A stretch of DNA of 64,000 bases from Candidatus Bathyarchaeum tardum (GTDB lineage: Archaea; Thermoproteota; Bathyarchaeia; Bathyarchaeales; Bathyarchaeaceae): NCBI GenBank assembly GCA_024650005.2, contig CP122380.1:2088573-2152572 (forward strand). Direction: 5' to 3'. Positions 49,987 to 60,723 of this stretch are shown piece after piece. The translations under genes and the position numbers were made by a program. A model generated the notes under the pieces. That model saw nothing but the letters and a program-made list of their open reading frames with translations. It was not told the DNA's origin and did not search any database. Within the stretch, counting starts at the first letter, position 1, and every line of letters starts with the position of its first letter.

Positions 49987-51087
49987 ATGAACCGCAAAAT
50001 ACCGATTGCAAAACCTGAAATCGGAATAGAAGAAATGGAAGCAGTAAAAGAAGTCCTTGAATCAGGCATGTTGGTTCAGGGAAAAAAAGTCAAAGAATTT
50101 GAGGAAAAATTTGGAGAATACATTGGTGTTGAACACGCAGTTGCGGTGAGTAATGGAACAGTTGCTTTGGACGTAGCTTTAAAGGCAATCAATATTGGTC
50201 CTGGGGATGAGGTAATAACTTCGGCTTTTTCTTTTGTTGCTTCGGGTAATTGTATTTTGTTTCAAAATGCAAAACCAGTGTTTGCAGACATAGACCCTAA
50301 AACATTCAACATTGACCCATCAGATGTTGCAGAAAAAATAACTTCAAAAACTAAGGCAATAATTCCAGTTCACATTTTTGGGCAACCTGCAAGAATGAAT
50401 TATTTAAAAGAAATTGCTGACGACAAGGGAATTGTTTTAGTTGAGGATGCAGCTCAGGCCCATGGTGCAGAATATAAAGGGCAAAAAGCAGGCAGCATAG
50501 GAACTTTGGGTTGTTTTAGTCTTTATGCCACAAAGAATATGATGGCAGGGGAAGGAGGAATTATTACAACTAATCAACAGAAACTAGCAGATATGATGCG
50601 CCTGATTAGAAGTCATGGTGAAACAAAAAAATACACTCATAATGTTTTAGGTTATAACTATCGGATGACTGACCTTAATGCTTCGATTGGTTTGGTTCAA
50701 CTAAAGAAACTTTATAAATTCAATAAAAAAAGAATGGAAAACGCAAATCTGTTAACCAAAGGAATTAACGGAATTAAGGGGTTAACAGTTCCGTATGTGG
50801 ATCGCGATGTTGAACACGTTTTTCATCAATATGTAATAAAAGTGGAAAACGGTTTTTCCATGAGTAGAGATGAACTTTCCAATTGTTTATCCGAGAAAGG
50901 CATTGGTGTTGCTGTTCATTATCCAATTCCAATTTACAAACAACCGTTGTACCAGGATTTAGGATATGGAGATGTTAATTGTCCTAACACCGAGGATGCA
51001 TGCAATCGGGTGCTAAGTTTACCAGTTCATCCTCAAGTAACTAAAGAAGATATTGATTACATCATAACCACTTTGAAAGAATTATGA
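49987..51087 (+). CDS. DegT/DnrJ/EryC1/StrS sugar aminotransferase (WbpE-like)
   Basis: NGTVAL, EDAAQAHGA, SLYATKN, GYNYRM. Confidence 0.92.
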   Translation: MNRKIPIAKPEIGIEEMEAVKEVLESGMLVQGKKVKEFEEKFGEYIGVEHAVAVSNGTVALDVALKAINIGPGDEVITSAFSFVASGNCILFQNAKPVFADIDPKTFNIDPSDVAEKITSKTKAIIPVHIFGQPARMNYLKEIADDKGIVLVEDAAQAHGAEYKGQKAGSIGTLGCFSLYATKNMMAGEGGIITTNQQKLADMMRLIRSHGETKKYTHNVLGYNYRMTDLNASIGLVQLKKLYKFNKKRMENANLLTKGINGIKGLTVPYVDRDVEHVFHQYVIKVENGFSMSRDELSNCLSEKGIGVAVHYPIPIYKQPLYQDLGYGDVNCPNTEDACNRVLSLPVHPQVTKEDIDYIITTLKEL

Positions 51088-51251
51088 TAAAATATCCACT
51101 AAAACTTCAGTAGAATTTAGTTGAATTCCAAGTCAGGATGAAAAAAGAACATGAAAGAGGTAATGGTCAAAGATGTTCAGTTGTCGGAGAGAAATTACTC
51201 AGGAATCTTCCAAAAACCCTAAAAACAAAAAATTAGATTAAAATTCTTCAG

Positions 51252-51512
51252 TTATAATTTCAGAGTTTTTACACTTTCTTCATTTTCGATTTGTCGAATT
51301 TTATTAAAAAAAACAGTAGTGGGTAAATCAAGTTTTATTTTTTGTTTTGTTTGGTCCAATTTAATAAATTTGTATTTTGTCAAAAATTTTGTGATGTACT
51401 TGACAGTGATACTGTTTAAGGCAGTTTGTTTGGGGATGTCCTTAAGGTAATGCCATTCGCCGTTTTCCAGTAATTGAAGAATTGGTTCAGTTGGCACGTT
51501 ATATGACCCCAT
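51252..51512 (-). CDS. Small winged-helix hypothetical protein
   Basis: ILQLLENGEWHYL...FLTKYKFI pattern. Confidence 0.55.
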   Translation of the reverse strand: MGSYNVPTEPILQLLENGEWHYLKDIPKQTALNSITVKYITKFLTKYKFIKLDQTKQKIKLDLPTTVFFNKIRQIENEESVKTLKL

Positions 51513-51734
51513 TTTGGACAGCTCAGGTTATTACTCATGCATTTAAATTGTTTCTGAAGTGCATCTACAGAAAAAATATATAGAAAATTACGTAGTAAAT
51601 ACTAGATTTTTTTCGCATAGGTAAGTTCGAATAAAATTTTGCCAGTTCTTTACATTAAAATGTTCCTGCTGTTGTTTGCCGGTTTTTGGGATTTTTTGAG
51701 GTTAGAAACCATGTTTTTCTTTGGTGAAAAAAAA

Positions 51735-52617
51735 TTAAGTGGTGTTTGGATCGCGTTCTTCACAAACCATGCCGCTACACTGGTATTTGCTTTCAAGTTC
51801 AATTGTAGAGTGTTCGATGTGGTGCTTGAGGAGTGTTTCTTTGATGGCGTGCTTTGTTGGTTCAGGGCTTTTGAGAGTCTGATTATCCAGTACTACGTGG
51901 GCGGTAAATACGTCAGTTTCTCCTTCTAGAGACCATATGTGAATGTCATGGATTCCAAGTACCCCTGTGATTTTTTGAAGGTCAGCTTTGACTCCTTCAA
52001 GGTTGATGTGTTTGGGGACACCTTGCATGAGGATGTTGATTGCTTCTCGCAGATTTTTGGCTACGTTGTAAATGATGAACACGGTTAAGCCGATGGTCAT
52101 TAACGGGTCCAGAATGAAGATTTCCCAGAAGTAAATTATTGCGCCGCCAACAAGTATTGCTGCCCAGCCCAGAACGTCTTCCAGCAGGTGCCATGATAGT
52201 ACTTTTTCGTTTAGGCTTTCCCCTTTTTTTAGCATTATGAATCCTGCGCCGTTAAACAAAATACCGATTAGGGCGATGCCTACCATCCCCCAAAGAATTT
52301 ACGGTTTCGGGGTTTAGAAGTCTGGGGATTGCTTGGAACATGATAAATATTGAGCCCCCTACCAATATAGAGGCAGAAAATATCGCAGAAAACAACGAGA
52401 GACGTTGATATCCAAAAGTTCGGTTGGTGTCAGGGGATTTTTTTGCTCCTCTTTCAAACAACCACGAAACCAGCAATGCAACGCTGTCACCAAAATCGTG
52501 CAAAGCATCAGATAATATAGCTAGGCTGTTGGTCCACAAGCCCCCAAAAATCTCCAAAATGGTAGAAGCTAAATTCAAAAAAGCAACCAAACGAACCCTC
52601 TGCTCACGTTCAGGCAT
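51735..52617 (-). pseudogene. Cation diffusion facilitator (CzcD/ZitB-like) split by a +1 frameshift in a G5 run
   Basis: SLAILSDALHD in one frame, HLLED...HDIHIWSL...HSTIE in another; junction at C5 52286-52290 (+ strand). Confidence 0.85.
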
Positions 52618-52836
52618 AAAATACACTAACTTTACATTTTGATAAAAAGATATCCAAAACAGCAACTACAATTAAAAACTCTAGAAACTGTTACGCAAAC
52701 TTCTTTACAATTTATACTGAATAAATTCAACAAAATTTAAAAAATATTCATGGAAAAATATCTAAAGGGTCATTCAATTTAGATATTAACAATCTTGTGA
52801 ATATGGCATTCCATTTTGCAACAACAAATAATTAGT

Positions 52837-53796
52837 TCATTTTTGTTCGGTTATTTTTGTGCTGACTTTTAGTTTTGGGGGTTTAAGTGTGATTATTGTG
52901 CCTTGGGGGATTTTTGTGGTTATCCAGACGTTTCCTCCAATTACTGAGTTGTCACCAATTACTGCTTTTTCTCCAAGGATAGAAGCATTGGAATAGATGA
53001 TTACGTTGTTGCCTACTGTGGGGTGCCGTTTTATGCCTTTGATGAGTTTGCCTTTTTCATCCCGTGGAAAACTAAGAGCCCCCAACGTTACTCCTTGATA
53101 GATTTTCACGTTGTCCCCGATTTCTGCTGTTTCTCCGATGATGACGCTGGTTCCATGGTCTATGAAGAAGTTCTTTCCAATGGTTGCCCCTGGATGAATA
53201 TCAATACCCGTTATAGAATGGGCGTATTCACTCATTATTCTGGGAATCAAAGGAACCCCTCGAACATACAACTGATGAGCAACACGATGAGAAGAAATCG
53301 CCAACACACACGGATAACTCAAAATCACCTCATCCACACTTCTGGCAGCCGGGTCACCTTCATAAGCTGCTTGAATGTCACCATTCAATAATATTCGAAT
53401 GTTACAAAGTTCGTCTAAGAGTTCCCCAACAATAACCCGGGCAAATTGATTACAAATATCTTCGGAGCATTTTTCACTTTTTTTACAAAAATATTTCAGG
53501 CTTTTGTCAACTTCAACAACCAAACGAGAATATATGGATTCTAAGGTTTTATTCAAGTAATCTGAGATGTTAGTTTTTGTGATTTTTTCTTTTCCAAGAT
53601 AACCGGGAAACAGTACCGAAATGATGTCTTCAAAAATTTCAATTACAACTTTTTTTGACGGCAAATCTTTCCCATCAAGATGATTAATTCCACCATAAAT
53701 GTTGTAATTTTCGGAAATTTCTTTAACCAGCCGCGGTAAACTGTTTTGTTTCCATTTTTTTTCGTCAACAACAACTTTACTCTTCAAAGTTTCCAT
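52837..53796 (-). CDS. cysE: Serine O-acetyltransferase
   Basis: GDPAA, TGIDIHPGA, FIDHG, YQGVTLG, KRHPT. Confidence 0.93.
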   Translation of the reverse strand: METLKSKVVVDEKKWKQNSLPRLVKEISENYNIYGGINHLDGKDLPSKKVVIEIFEDIISVLFPGYLGKEKITKTNISDYLNKTLESIYSRLVVEVDKSLKYFCKKSEKCSEDICNQFARVIVGELLDELCNIRILLNGDIQAAYEGDPAARSVDEVILSYPCVLAISSHRVAHQLYVRGVPLIPRIMSEYAHSITGIDIHPGATIGKNFFIDHGTSVIIGETAEIGDNVKIYQGVTLGALSFPRDEKGKLIKGIKRHPTVGNNVIIYSNASILGEKAVIGDNSVIGGNVWITTKIPQGTIITLKPPKLKVSTKITEQK

Positions 53797-53891
53797 TATT
53801 TTTTCAGAATCCCACTCAAGAAGCCCTGCATCAGGGTTGGGTTTAGTTTTCAGGCATTTTTTGGCGCTGATGATATATTCCCCGATTTCGT

Positions 53892-54854
53892 TTATTCTTC
53901 TGCCGCATATAAAGAAGTTGTTAAGTAACGCTCACCAGTGTCAGGTAAAATTACTACAATGGTTTTATTTTTGTTTTCTGCACGTTGAGCAATCTGCAGC
54001 CCAGCAAAAGTAGCAGCTCCAGAAGAAATTCCAGCAAGGATTCCTTCATTTTTTGCCAACAAACGAGCAGTTTCTACAGCATCTTCATATTTTACTTTGA
54101 AAACTTCATCAAGCAACTCAGTTTTTAGTATGTCAGGCTTAAATCCCGCACCAATCCCCTGAATCTTGTGAGGTCCAGCTCTCCCTCCAGACAACACTGG
54201 AGAATCAAAGGGCTCCACTGCAACTACCTTGAATGAAGGCTTCAGTTTTTTGATGAACTCAGCAATTCCAGTTACCGTTCCTCCAGTTCCCACCCCAGCA
54301 ACTAGAATGTCAATTTTTCCAACTGTTGCTCTCCAGATTTCTGGACCTGTGGTTTCCAGATGAATTTTGGGGTTTGCAAGATTTTGGAACTGTTGAAGAA
54401 GAATGGCATTCGGATTTTGTGCAACTAGTTCTTCTGCTTTTTTGATGGCACCGGGCATTCCTTCTTTGGCCGGAGTAAGAACCAATTCTGCCCCATATGC
54501 TTTGAGTAAGCGACGACGTTCTAGGGTCATGGATTCAGGCATTGTTAAGATTAGTTTGTAGCCTTTAACTGCACTAACCAGAGCTAACCCAATTCCAGTG
54601 TTTCCGCTGGTGGGTTCAATTATTACGGTGTCTTTGTTGATTTTGCCTTGTTTTTCTGCTTCAAGAATCATGGATAAACCAATTCTGTCCTTTACACTGC
54701 CTCCCGGATTTTGGGATTCAATTTTAACGAAGATATTGCAGTGTGCATCGTCTGTGATTCGGTTTAGCTTAACTAGGGGAGTATTTCCAATTAGTTCGAG
54801 AACAGAATTTTTTGTTTCCATATTTGGCACCCATAACAAATAGGAATATAACAC
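53892..54854 (-). CDS. cysK: Cysteine synthase A (likely start METK at 54821)
   Basis: [37 protein letters not shown]. Confidence 0.96.
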   Translation of the reverse strand: MLYSYLLWVPNMETKNSVLELIGNTPLVKLNRITDDAHCNIFVKIESQNPGGSVKDRIGLSMILEAEKQGKINKDTVIIEPTSGNTGIGLALVSAVKGYKLILTMPESMTLERRRLLKAYGAELVLTPAKEGMPGAIKKAEELVAQNPNAILLQQFQNLANPKIHLETTGPEIWRATVGKIDILVAGVGTGGTVTGIAEFIKKLKPSFKVVAVEPFDSPVLSGGRAGPHKIQGIGAGFKPDILKTELLDEVFKVKYEDAVETARLLAKNEGILAGISSGAATFAGLQIAQRAENKNKTIVVILPDTGERYLTTSLYAAEE

Positions 54855-54876
54855 TGTTATAATAATTTTGTCCCAA

Positions 54877-56151
54877 TCACCCTAACTGTTCCAGAATAGC
54901 CTTCACACTGTTTAAAGCAGCAAAAGTTGAAGTCTCCATACTTGATGCTGCAGACTCGATGCCATTAAGATACAGCAAATTATCATCAAGACACATGTTG
55001 GGAAGCTTTTGTATTGGCTCAAAAACAGGGTAAGCTGCACACCAAGTGTGATCAAACACTGTTGCACCCTTTTTGAAAAGTTCATCTACAAAACTGTCCT
55101 CCAAAGGTTTTGTGGAGGTAACCGTCACCCACGACTCGCCCTTCTTTGTTGATTGATTAATGGAAAAACGGGTAAAAGGATCTGCTTCTTGAGAAGTCAA
55201 TACGATACTAGGCAACTTGGAAGAAGACAAATTAAAGTAACCAGGATTAATTTGACCCTTCATCAGCCGCACATAAATTGTTTGATATTCACGAAGCTGA
55301 TTTTGAATAGTTACACCATCAAAAGATATATTGGCAACCTCCAAAGGAGCGGCAACAATCACAGCATCAAAAACTGAAACCTTTTCTCCAGCATAAACTA
55401 GAAAAGTACCGTCAGACAATTTCTCAACAACCTTGACCTTAGTTTCTAATTCAACTTTGGAATTTGATGCTTCAAGTAGTTTTTTTGGCAAAGCTTGGTT
55501 GCCGTCCTTGAGGTTGTAAAGGTCTTTACTGTAAACCCCTAGTAACGCAACCAATCCAGCAAAGCCTCCAAGCGAAGCGTTTTGAGAATAGATTATCCGG
55601 GTTATTGGCGTGATCAGTTCATCGATAAAACTTGTGTCTACACCCTTGTCCAAAAGAATTTTTTCAAATGAACTTTTGTACCATTTATCAAGACCAACGA
55701 TCTCAAAAAGTTTCCAAAATTCTGCAGGACTTTTTTCTTGTTGTTTGTAAAGATTTTTTATGTTTCGTTCTGACAGTTTTAAACTAAAAAGCAATTTTGG
55801 AACACTAAACTTGTAATTGTTCACCAAACCTAACATTTTGTAAAACAAGGATTGCCCAGATTGAAAAATAATCTCGTTTCCATTCCAAACTGCAATATCC
55901 ATTAGGTCGTTCAGTTTTTTTGTTTGAAGACCCAACTCAGTTACCAGACCAGAAACAATTATGTTGCTGGAGTTGAAGAACTCAGCCCCTAACTCATTTT
56001 GGATTTGCTCTTGATGATACGTGAAGGCTCGTCCGCCAACCCTGCTTTTTGCTTCATAAATTGTAACTCTTGAACCCGGAATATATTTACGGGCAAAATA
56101 TGCTGCAGAACATCCACCAACACCTGCACCTACGACCGCTACAGTAATCAT
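54877..56151 (-). CDS. Prenylcysteine oxidase/lyase-family FAD oxidoreductase
   Basis: [44 protein letters not shown] resembling the PCYOX1 C-terminal motif. Confidence 0.75.
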   Translation of the reverse strand: MITVAVVGAGVGGCSAAYFARKYIPGSRVTIYEAKSRVGGRAFTYHQEQIQNELGAEFFNSSNIIVSGLVTELGLQTKKLNDLMDIAVWNGNEIIFQSGQSLFYKMLGLVNNYKFSVPKLLFSLKLSERNIKNLYKQQEKSPAEFWKLFEIVGLDKWYKSSFEKILLDKGVDTSFIDELITPITRIIYSQNASLGGFAGLVALLGVYSKDLYNLKDGNQALPKKLLEASNSKVELETKVKVVEKLSDGTFLVYAGEKVSVFDAVIVAAPLEVANISFDGVTIQNQLREYQTIYVRLMKGQINPGYFNLSSSKLPSIVLTSQEADPFTRFSINQSTKKGESWVTVTSTKPLEDSFVDELFKKGATVFDHTWCAAYPVFEPIQKLPNMCLDDNLLYLNGIESAASSMETSTFAALNSVKAILEQLG

Positions 56152-56274
56152 CTTAGTTCAAACAATTATTGCTACTTTGGGCAAAATAAGTTTGGGATAA
56201 ATAACAAACAAAAAATTGCTTGAACTAAAACCAGCAACTAAGTATATTTGAACAAAACTGCAACACTATACCAG

Positions 56275-56970
56275 TTAAGTGTAGGAAGTCATGGTTTCGA
56301 TGATAATTCGTCGAAGTATTTTAAGTCCATCCCTGAAACCAAGTTTCTTTTTGCCCAACCGTTTTCGGTACATGATAGGCAACTCAACTATTTTATAGCC
56401 TGATTTTCTAACGTGATGATTGATTTCTGCTTCGATGTCAAAGCCTTCAGATTTTGGTTTCCAGCCTTTCAAGACTTCCGAGCGAACAATTCTAAGACCA
56501 GTGTAAGGGTCATTCAAATCCACGCCATTGAATAGCCGTTGGGCAAAACCCAAAATGCGGTTTCCAAGGTAAAATTTGTTGCGATCGGATTCATGTTCAT
56601 AGGTTTTGTTGAATCGGTCCCCTAAAACCATTCCAACATCAGGATTTTGATCAAGAACATAAATCATTTCTTTAATGTGTTTAGCAGGATAAGTGTAATC
56701 GGCATCAGTTAAGACAACATAAGATGCATCACCGTTAAGATGACATAGCCCTTGGGAAATGGCGTCACCTTTACCTTTTCCTTTCGTTCTTTGAAGGATT
56801 ACGTCTGCACCTAGACCTTTGGCTAGTTCAAAGGTTCTGTCAGAACTTTGACCGTCAACAACAACTAAATAAGGTTCACTCAAAACTTCTTTAAGTTCAC
56901 ATATAGTGGGAGCTATTCCTTCCTCTTCATTATACGCTGCCAGCAAAACTGCAAGAGGGGAATATGTCAT
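56275..56970 (-). CDS. GT2 glycosyltransferase (DPM1/AglD-like)
   Basis: AYNEE, VDGQSSDRT, GKG, DADYTY, FDIEAE. Confidence 0.9.
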   Translation of the reverse strand: MTYSPLAVLLAAYNEEEGIAPTICELKEVLSEPYLVVVDGQSSDRTFELAKGLGADVILQRTKGKGKGDAISQGLCHLNGDASYVVLTDADYTYPAKHIKEMIYVLDQNPDVGMVLGDRFNKTYEHESDRNKFYLGNRILGFAQRLFNGVDLNDPYTGLRIVRSEVLKGWKPKSEGFDIEAEINHHVRKSGYKIVELPIMYRKRLGKKKLGFRDGLKILRRIIIETMTSYT

Positions 56971-57272
56971 TTTTTATCAAACTCCAGAGGTCTTCATAAA
57001 AAACGGGGGAGAAAGTGATTAATAAAGAGCCAAGAAAGGCTGTTCTAGAAGATAGTTCCATATTTTACGTCCAAAAAAGGGAGATTTCAAATTTTCGCAA
57101 AAATAGTTATCAAAAATGAAATTAACCATAAAAAAATTCTAAATATAATTAAATTAAATCCTTATTTATTCTTTTATTATAAAAAAATAACTCATATTAC
57201 AATGCGAAAATTAACAAAATATCGACAACAAAAGTACTTTTTATAAGCTAAAGGCGACTGCATGTTACACGT

Positions 57273-57562
57273 TTAGGGTTTCCTTTTTTAAAATGGAATT
57301 TTATTCCAATAACAATTAAAATTATTACTAAAAAGGCGGCAATTAGTATTTGACACCAGTCCAGTCCAGCAATTGTCAGTTTTTATTTTGTAGGTTAAGT
57401 TTACAGTTCTTGAAACTAACCCGGCATTAGTAAAAACTAAGGTGTATACACCACTTGGTCAGCCATGAACTCAAATTCTGTTCCTTCAGAAACGCTTTCC
57501 ATATTATGGATTTCAGTTCCGTTTGGTGCTTTAACTAGAAAAATATATTCAAAAAAATGCAT
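57273..57562 (-). pseudogene. Remnant of an emp24/p24 (GOLD-domain)-like single-pass membrane protein
   Basis: IFLVKAPNG...FEFMADQ / GVYTLVFTN...SRTVNLTY / TM LIAAFLVIILIVIG + KKRKP* joined across two frameshifts. Confidence 0.55.
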
Positions 57563-57568
57563 GACTGA

Positions 57569-58780
57569 TTACTCAGTTCGGGGTAGATTTTTTCGGTTCC
57601 TAAGTAAGGGTAGAATTGAAACAAAGAACACAGCTGACGTTAAAGGCAACAGTTGTGGCGGCAAGTATTCGATCATGAATCCACCTAAGATTGGCGTGAT
57701 GATTTGGGCGATACTAGTCAAGGAGTTATTTACTCCCAGAATAGTAGCTGTTTCTTTTTGGGTAACGCTGTTTGTAAGGTTGCTGATAAAAATGGGTCTG
57801 CTGACTCCAGTTCCATAAGCAAGAAAGATTAGAGGAACAAAAACCAAGAGGTATTCTGCGGAAAATGCAAGAATTATCATAGCTACAGTCATAGAAACTA
57901 TTGCAGTTATTAGGGCTCGGTTTTCACCCAAAAAACGAAGGATACGAGAGATTAAGGCGGTTTGAATTATTACTCTTAGTATTCCTATCCATGCCATGTA
58001 GAAGCTAACTTGGTCGGCGGTAACGTGAAACTGTTTTTCTGCCAGTAAACCAAAATTGGAAAGGAACAGAAAAAAGGCGATGCTATAAACGAAAAACATT
58101 GATAAGTAGTTTCTGACTTTTGGAGTTTTTGCAAATTGTTTAACTTCCTCAACTGGGATAACGTCATTGAATTTAAGGGAAATTTTTTCGGTTTTTTTGG
58201 TGATTGTCTCTGGAAGAAACAGGACAATCAGAACAAGGGAAATCAAGGTTATTCCTGCTGCAAAAAACATTGGAACAGAAAAGTTAATTCTTGAAAGCAA
58301 TCCGCCTATAACTGGTCCAAATATCAAACCTGCTCCAAATATTCCGCTGGAGTATCCGTAGACTCGGGTTCGGTGTTTGGGTTCAGTGATGTCGCTGATG
58401 TAGGCTTCACTAACAGTCATGTTGCTTCCAAGCAATCCGTCGATTAATCGTGAAATAATTAACAGAAGTGCAGTTGTGGCAAATCCAAGAAACATGAAAC
58501 CTGCAAAGGTGCTTAGTTGACTTAAAATGAACAAGGGTTTTCTTCCAAAGTGGTCACTTAGTTTTCCAGTTATTGGGCTGGCGAATAACTGGCAAAAACT
58601 GAACACACTGGCGATAAGACCAATTTGTACTGGAGTTAATCCAATTTCTAATCCAAGAAATGGAATCAGGGGCAAAACACTGCTAAAACCCAGTACTTCA
58701 GTGAACATTATCAGAAAAATTATGTAGAGGCGCTTATCGAACACGAAATCGTCTGTTTCTTCGTTTTTGTTTTTTTTCAC
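57569..58780 (-). CDS. MFS transporter (TetA/DHA1-like)
   Basis: GKLSDHFGRKP motif A, AYISDIT, GPVIGG. Confidence 0.9.
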   Translation of the reverse strand: MKKNKNEETDDFVFDKRLYIIFLIMFTEVLGFSSVLPLIPFLGLEIGLTPVQIGLIASVFSFCQLFASPITGKLSDHFGRKPLFILSQLSTFAGFMFLGFATTALLLIISRLIDGLLGSNMTVSEAYISDITEPKHRTRVYGYSSGIFGAGLIFGPVIGGLLSRINFSVPMFFAAGITLISLVLIVLFLPETITKKTEKISLKFNDVIPVEEVKQFAKTPKVRNYLSMFFVYSIAFFLFLSNFGLLAEKQFHVTADQVSFYMAWIGILRVIIQTALISRILRFLGENRALITAIVSMTVAMIILAFSAEYLLVFVPLIFLAYGTGVSRPIFISNLTNSVTQKETATILGVNNSLTSIAQIITPILGGFMIEYLPPQLLPLTSAVFFVSILPLLRNRKNLPRTE

Positions 58781-58929
58781 AAAAAAGCCTCTACGGTTTA
58801 AATATTTTACAGAGTTACATAGTTAAGGATTTTTTAGATGGAACAATTTACCTATAAGCCTTGCTTTTCGTGTTTTTAAAAGCTAGAAGAAATATACCAC
58901 CAAAACAATAGAAAATATGGTTAAGTTTT

Positions 58930-59424
58930 ATGTCTATATTTGAGGTTATTTCTAATCGCAGAAGCATCAGAAGTTATGAAGATAAAGAAATTCCAAAACA
59001 AGTCTTAGATCAGATACTTGAAGCAGGCAGACTAGCACCATCTGCAGTAAATAAGCAGCCTTACAGGTTTATTGTAGTAACAAAGTCTGAACTCAAAAAA
59101 GAAATGAAAGCAATCTTTAGCCGTTTTCTTGAAAAAGCTCCAGTCGTAATTGTTGGATGTGCTAACGTAAAATCTCGTTTAACTGGAAAATGGGCAGTTG
59201 TCGATACAACAATTGCGTTACAGAACATGGTACTTGCGGCGTGGAGTTTAGGAGCGGGCTCATGCTGGATAGGAAGCTTCAACGAACAAAAAACCAAACA
59301 GGCACTCAAAATCCCACAGGACTGGAAAGTAGTTGCCCTAATTAGTTTAGGTTACCCAGCAGAAACCCCAAATGCAAGAAAAAAGAAATCTGCAGAAGAA
59401 CTGTTGGGTTATAATCAGTTCTAA
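58930..59424 (+). CDS. Nitroreductase family protein
   Basis: RRSIRSY, APSAVNKQP, GAGSCWIG. Confidence 0.92.
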   Translation: MSIFEVISNRRSIRSYEDKEIPKQVLDQILEAGRLAPSAVNKQPYRFIVVTKSELKKEMKAIFSRFLEKAPVVIVGCANVKSRLTGKWAVVDTTIALQNMVLAAWSLGAGSCWIGSFNEQKTKQALKIPQDWKVVALISLGYPAETPNARKKKSAEELLGYNQF

Positions 59425-59527
59425 ACTTGGGTTTTGATCGCTGCAGCACATCACGATATCAGGACGTATATTGTGCCATTGAAAAAAACAATAAGATCGC
59501 TTCTATTCGATTACAGAAGGGTTCTTT

Positions 59528-60249
59528 TTGCAAAATAATGTTGGTGACAACTTTCAATCAACTACAAAATATGAACGAAATAAAATGATTGCTGGCTACT
59601 TAGACGGGGCAAACAAACACGACACCTACAAGCATTACCTTGATAACAAAAGAGTTGAACTTCCTTTTTCCAAACAGTTTCAAACCCTTTCCTTTGATAA
59701 AACAATACAAACTCGAAAAAGTGTTCGCAGTTTTTGTGAAAAAACTAAGCATTGACCAGTTAGCCTATCTTTTATGGAAATCTACCGGAATTCAAAAAAA
59801 GAAAGCGGTTACGAGTTCCGTAACTCACCTTCTGCTGGGGCACTGTACCCGATTGAAACTTATTTGTTTGCAAAAAAAGTGGACGGGTTACCCGTTGCCT
59901 CGTATCATTATAACATCAAATCTCATGCGTTAGAAGAACTAAAAACTGGCGATTTTTCTGATTATTTAGCAAACTCTTGTTTAGGGCAATCCATGCTCTC
60001 TTTTGCAGCAGTAGTGCTTGTGTGGTCAGCTGTTTTTTCTCGGTCAAAATGGAAATACAAACAACGAGCATACCTTTACATTTACTTAGATTGTGGTCAT
60101 ATTGCCCAAAATTTAGCCCTAACTGCAACTAGTATTGGGTTAGGGTCTTGTCAAATTGAAGCCTTCTACGCTGATGAGATTAATGCCCTAATTGACTTAG
60201 ACGGAACAAAAGAAAGCACGATCTAAGTGCAGTTGGATATCCAATTTAA
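59528..60249 (+). pseudogene. SagB/ThcOx-family dehydrogenase, frameshifted
   Basis: RKSVRSF / LSIDQLAYLLW..GI / PSAGALYP...GHIAQN / SAVGYPI* lie in different frames. Confidence 0.85.
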
Positions 60250-60337
60250 CTTCTGATGTTTTATTTGAATCATTTTTTCTTGTCTTTGTCGAAACCTAGT
60301 TAAGGATTCATAATAGTATTTTTAATAGGGGAAAAGT

Positions 60338-60700
60338 TTGCCACACGTCGTTTTAACAGGAAACATTAGTTTGCGGGATATCTTTGAAAAAATTGAAGCA
60401 TTTGTTGTCCGTGAAAATAAAAGCATTCTAAAAATTTCAGACAAATTCATCAATCAAGATGAAACCTCAATTTTGGTTGAGTCCTTGACAATAGAAGATA
60501 AAAATAAAACAAGTTTTCTTGTTTTGCTATCAAAACGCGAAGATGGCCTAGTTGTAAGGATTTATCCACAAATTGACGTGGAAAAAACTGACGGCGTGAA
60601 AAAAATTTTAGCAAAAATTGCTGACAATTTGATTGCTGCTTTTCCATCTCTTGAAGTAGGGAAAACAAATCTTCAAGAATTTTTACAAAATAAGCCATAG
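60338..60700 (+). CDS. Hypothetical protein
   Basis: MPHVVL...VEKTDGVK...TNLQ; GGGGA SD. Confidence 0.7.
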   Translation: MPHVVLTGNISLRDIFEKIEAFVVRENKSILKISDKFINQDETSILVESLTIEDKNKTSFLVLLSKREDGLVVRIYPQIDVEKTDGVKKILAKIADNLIAAFPSLEVGKTNLQEFLQNKP

Positions 60701-60723
60701 CTTGAAAAGTAGGGAGATTCATT

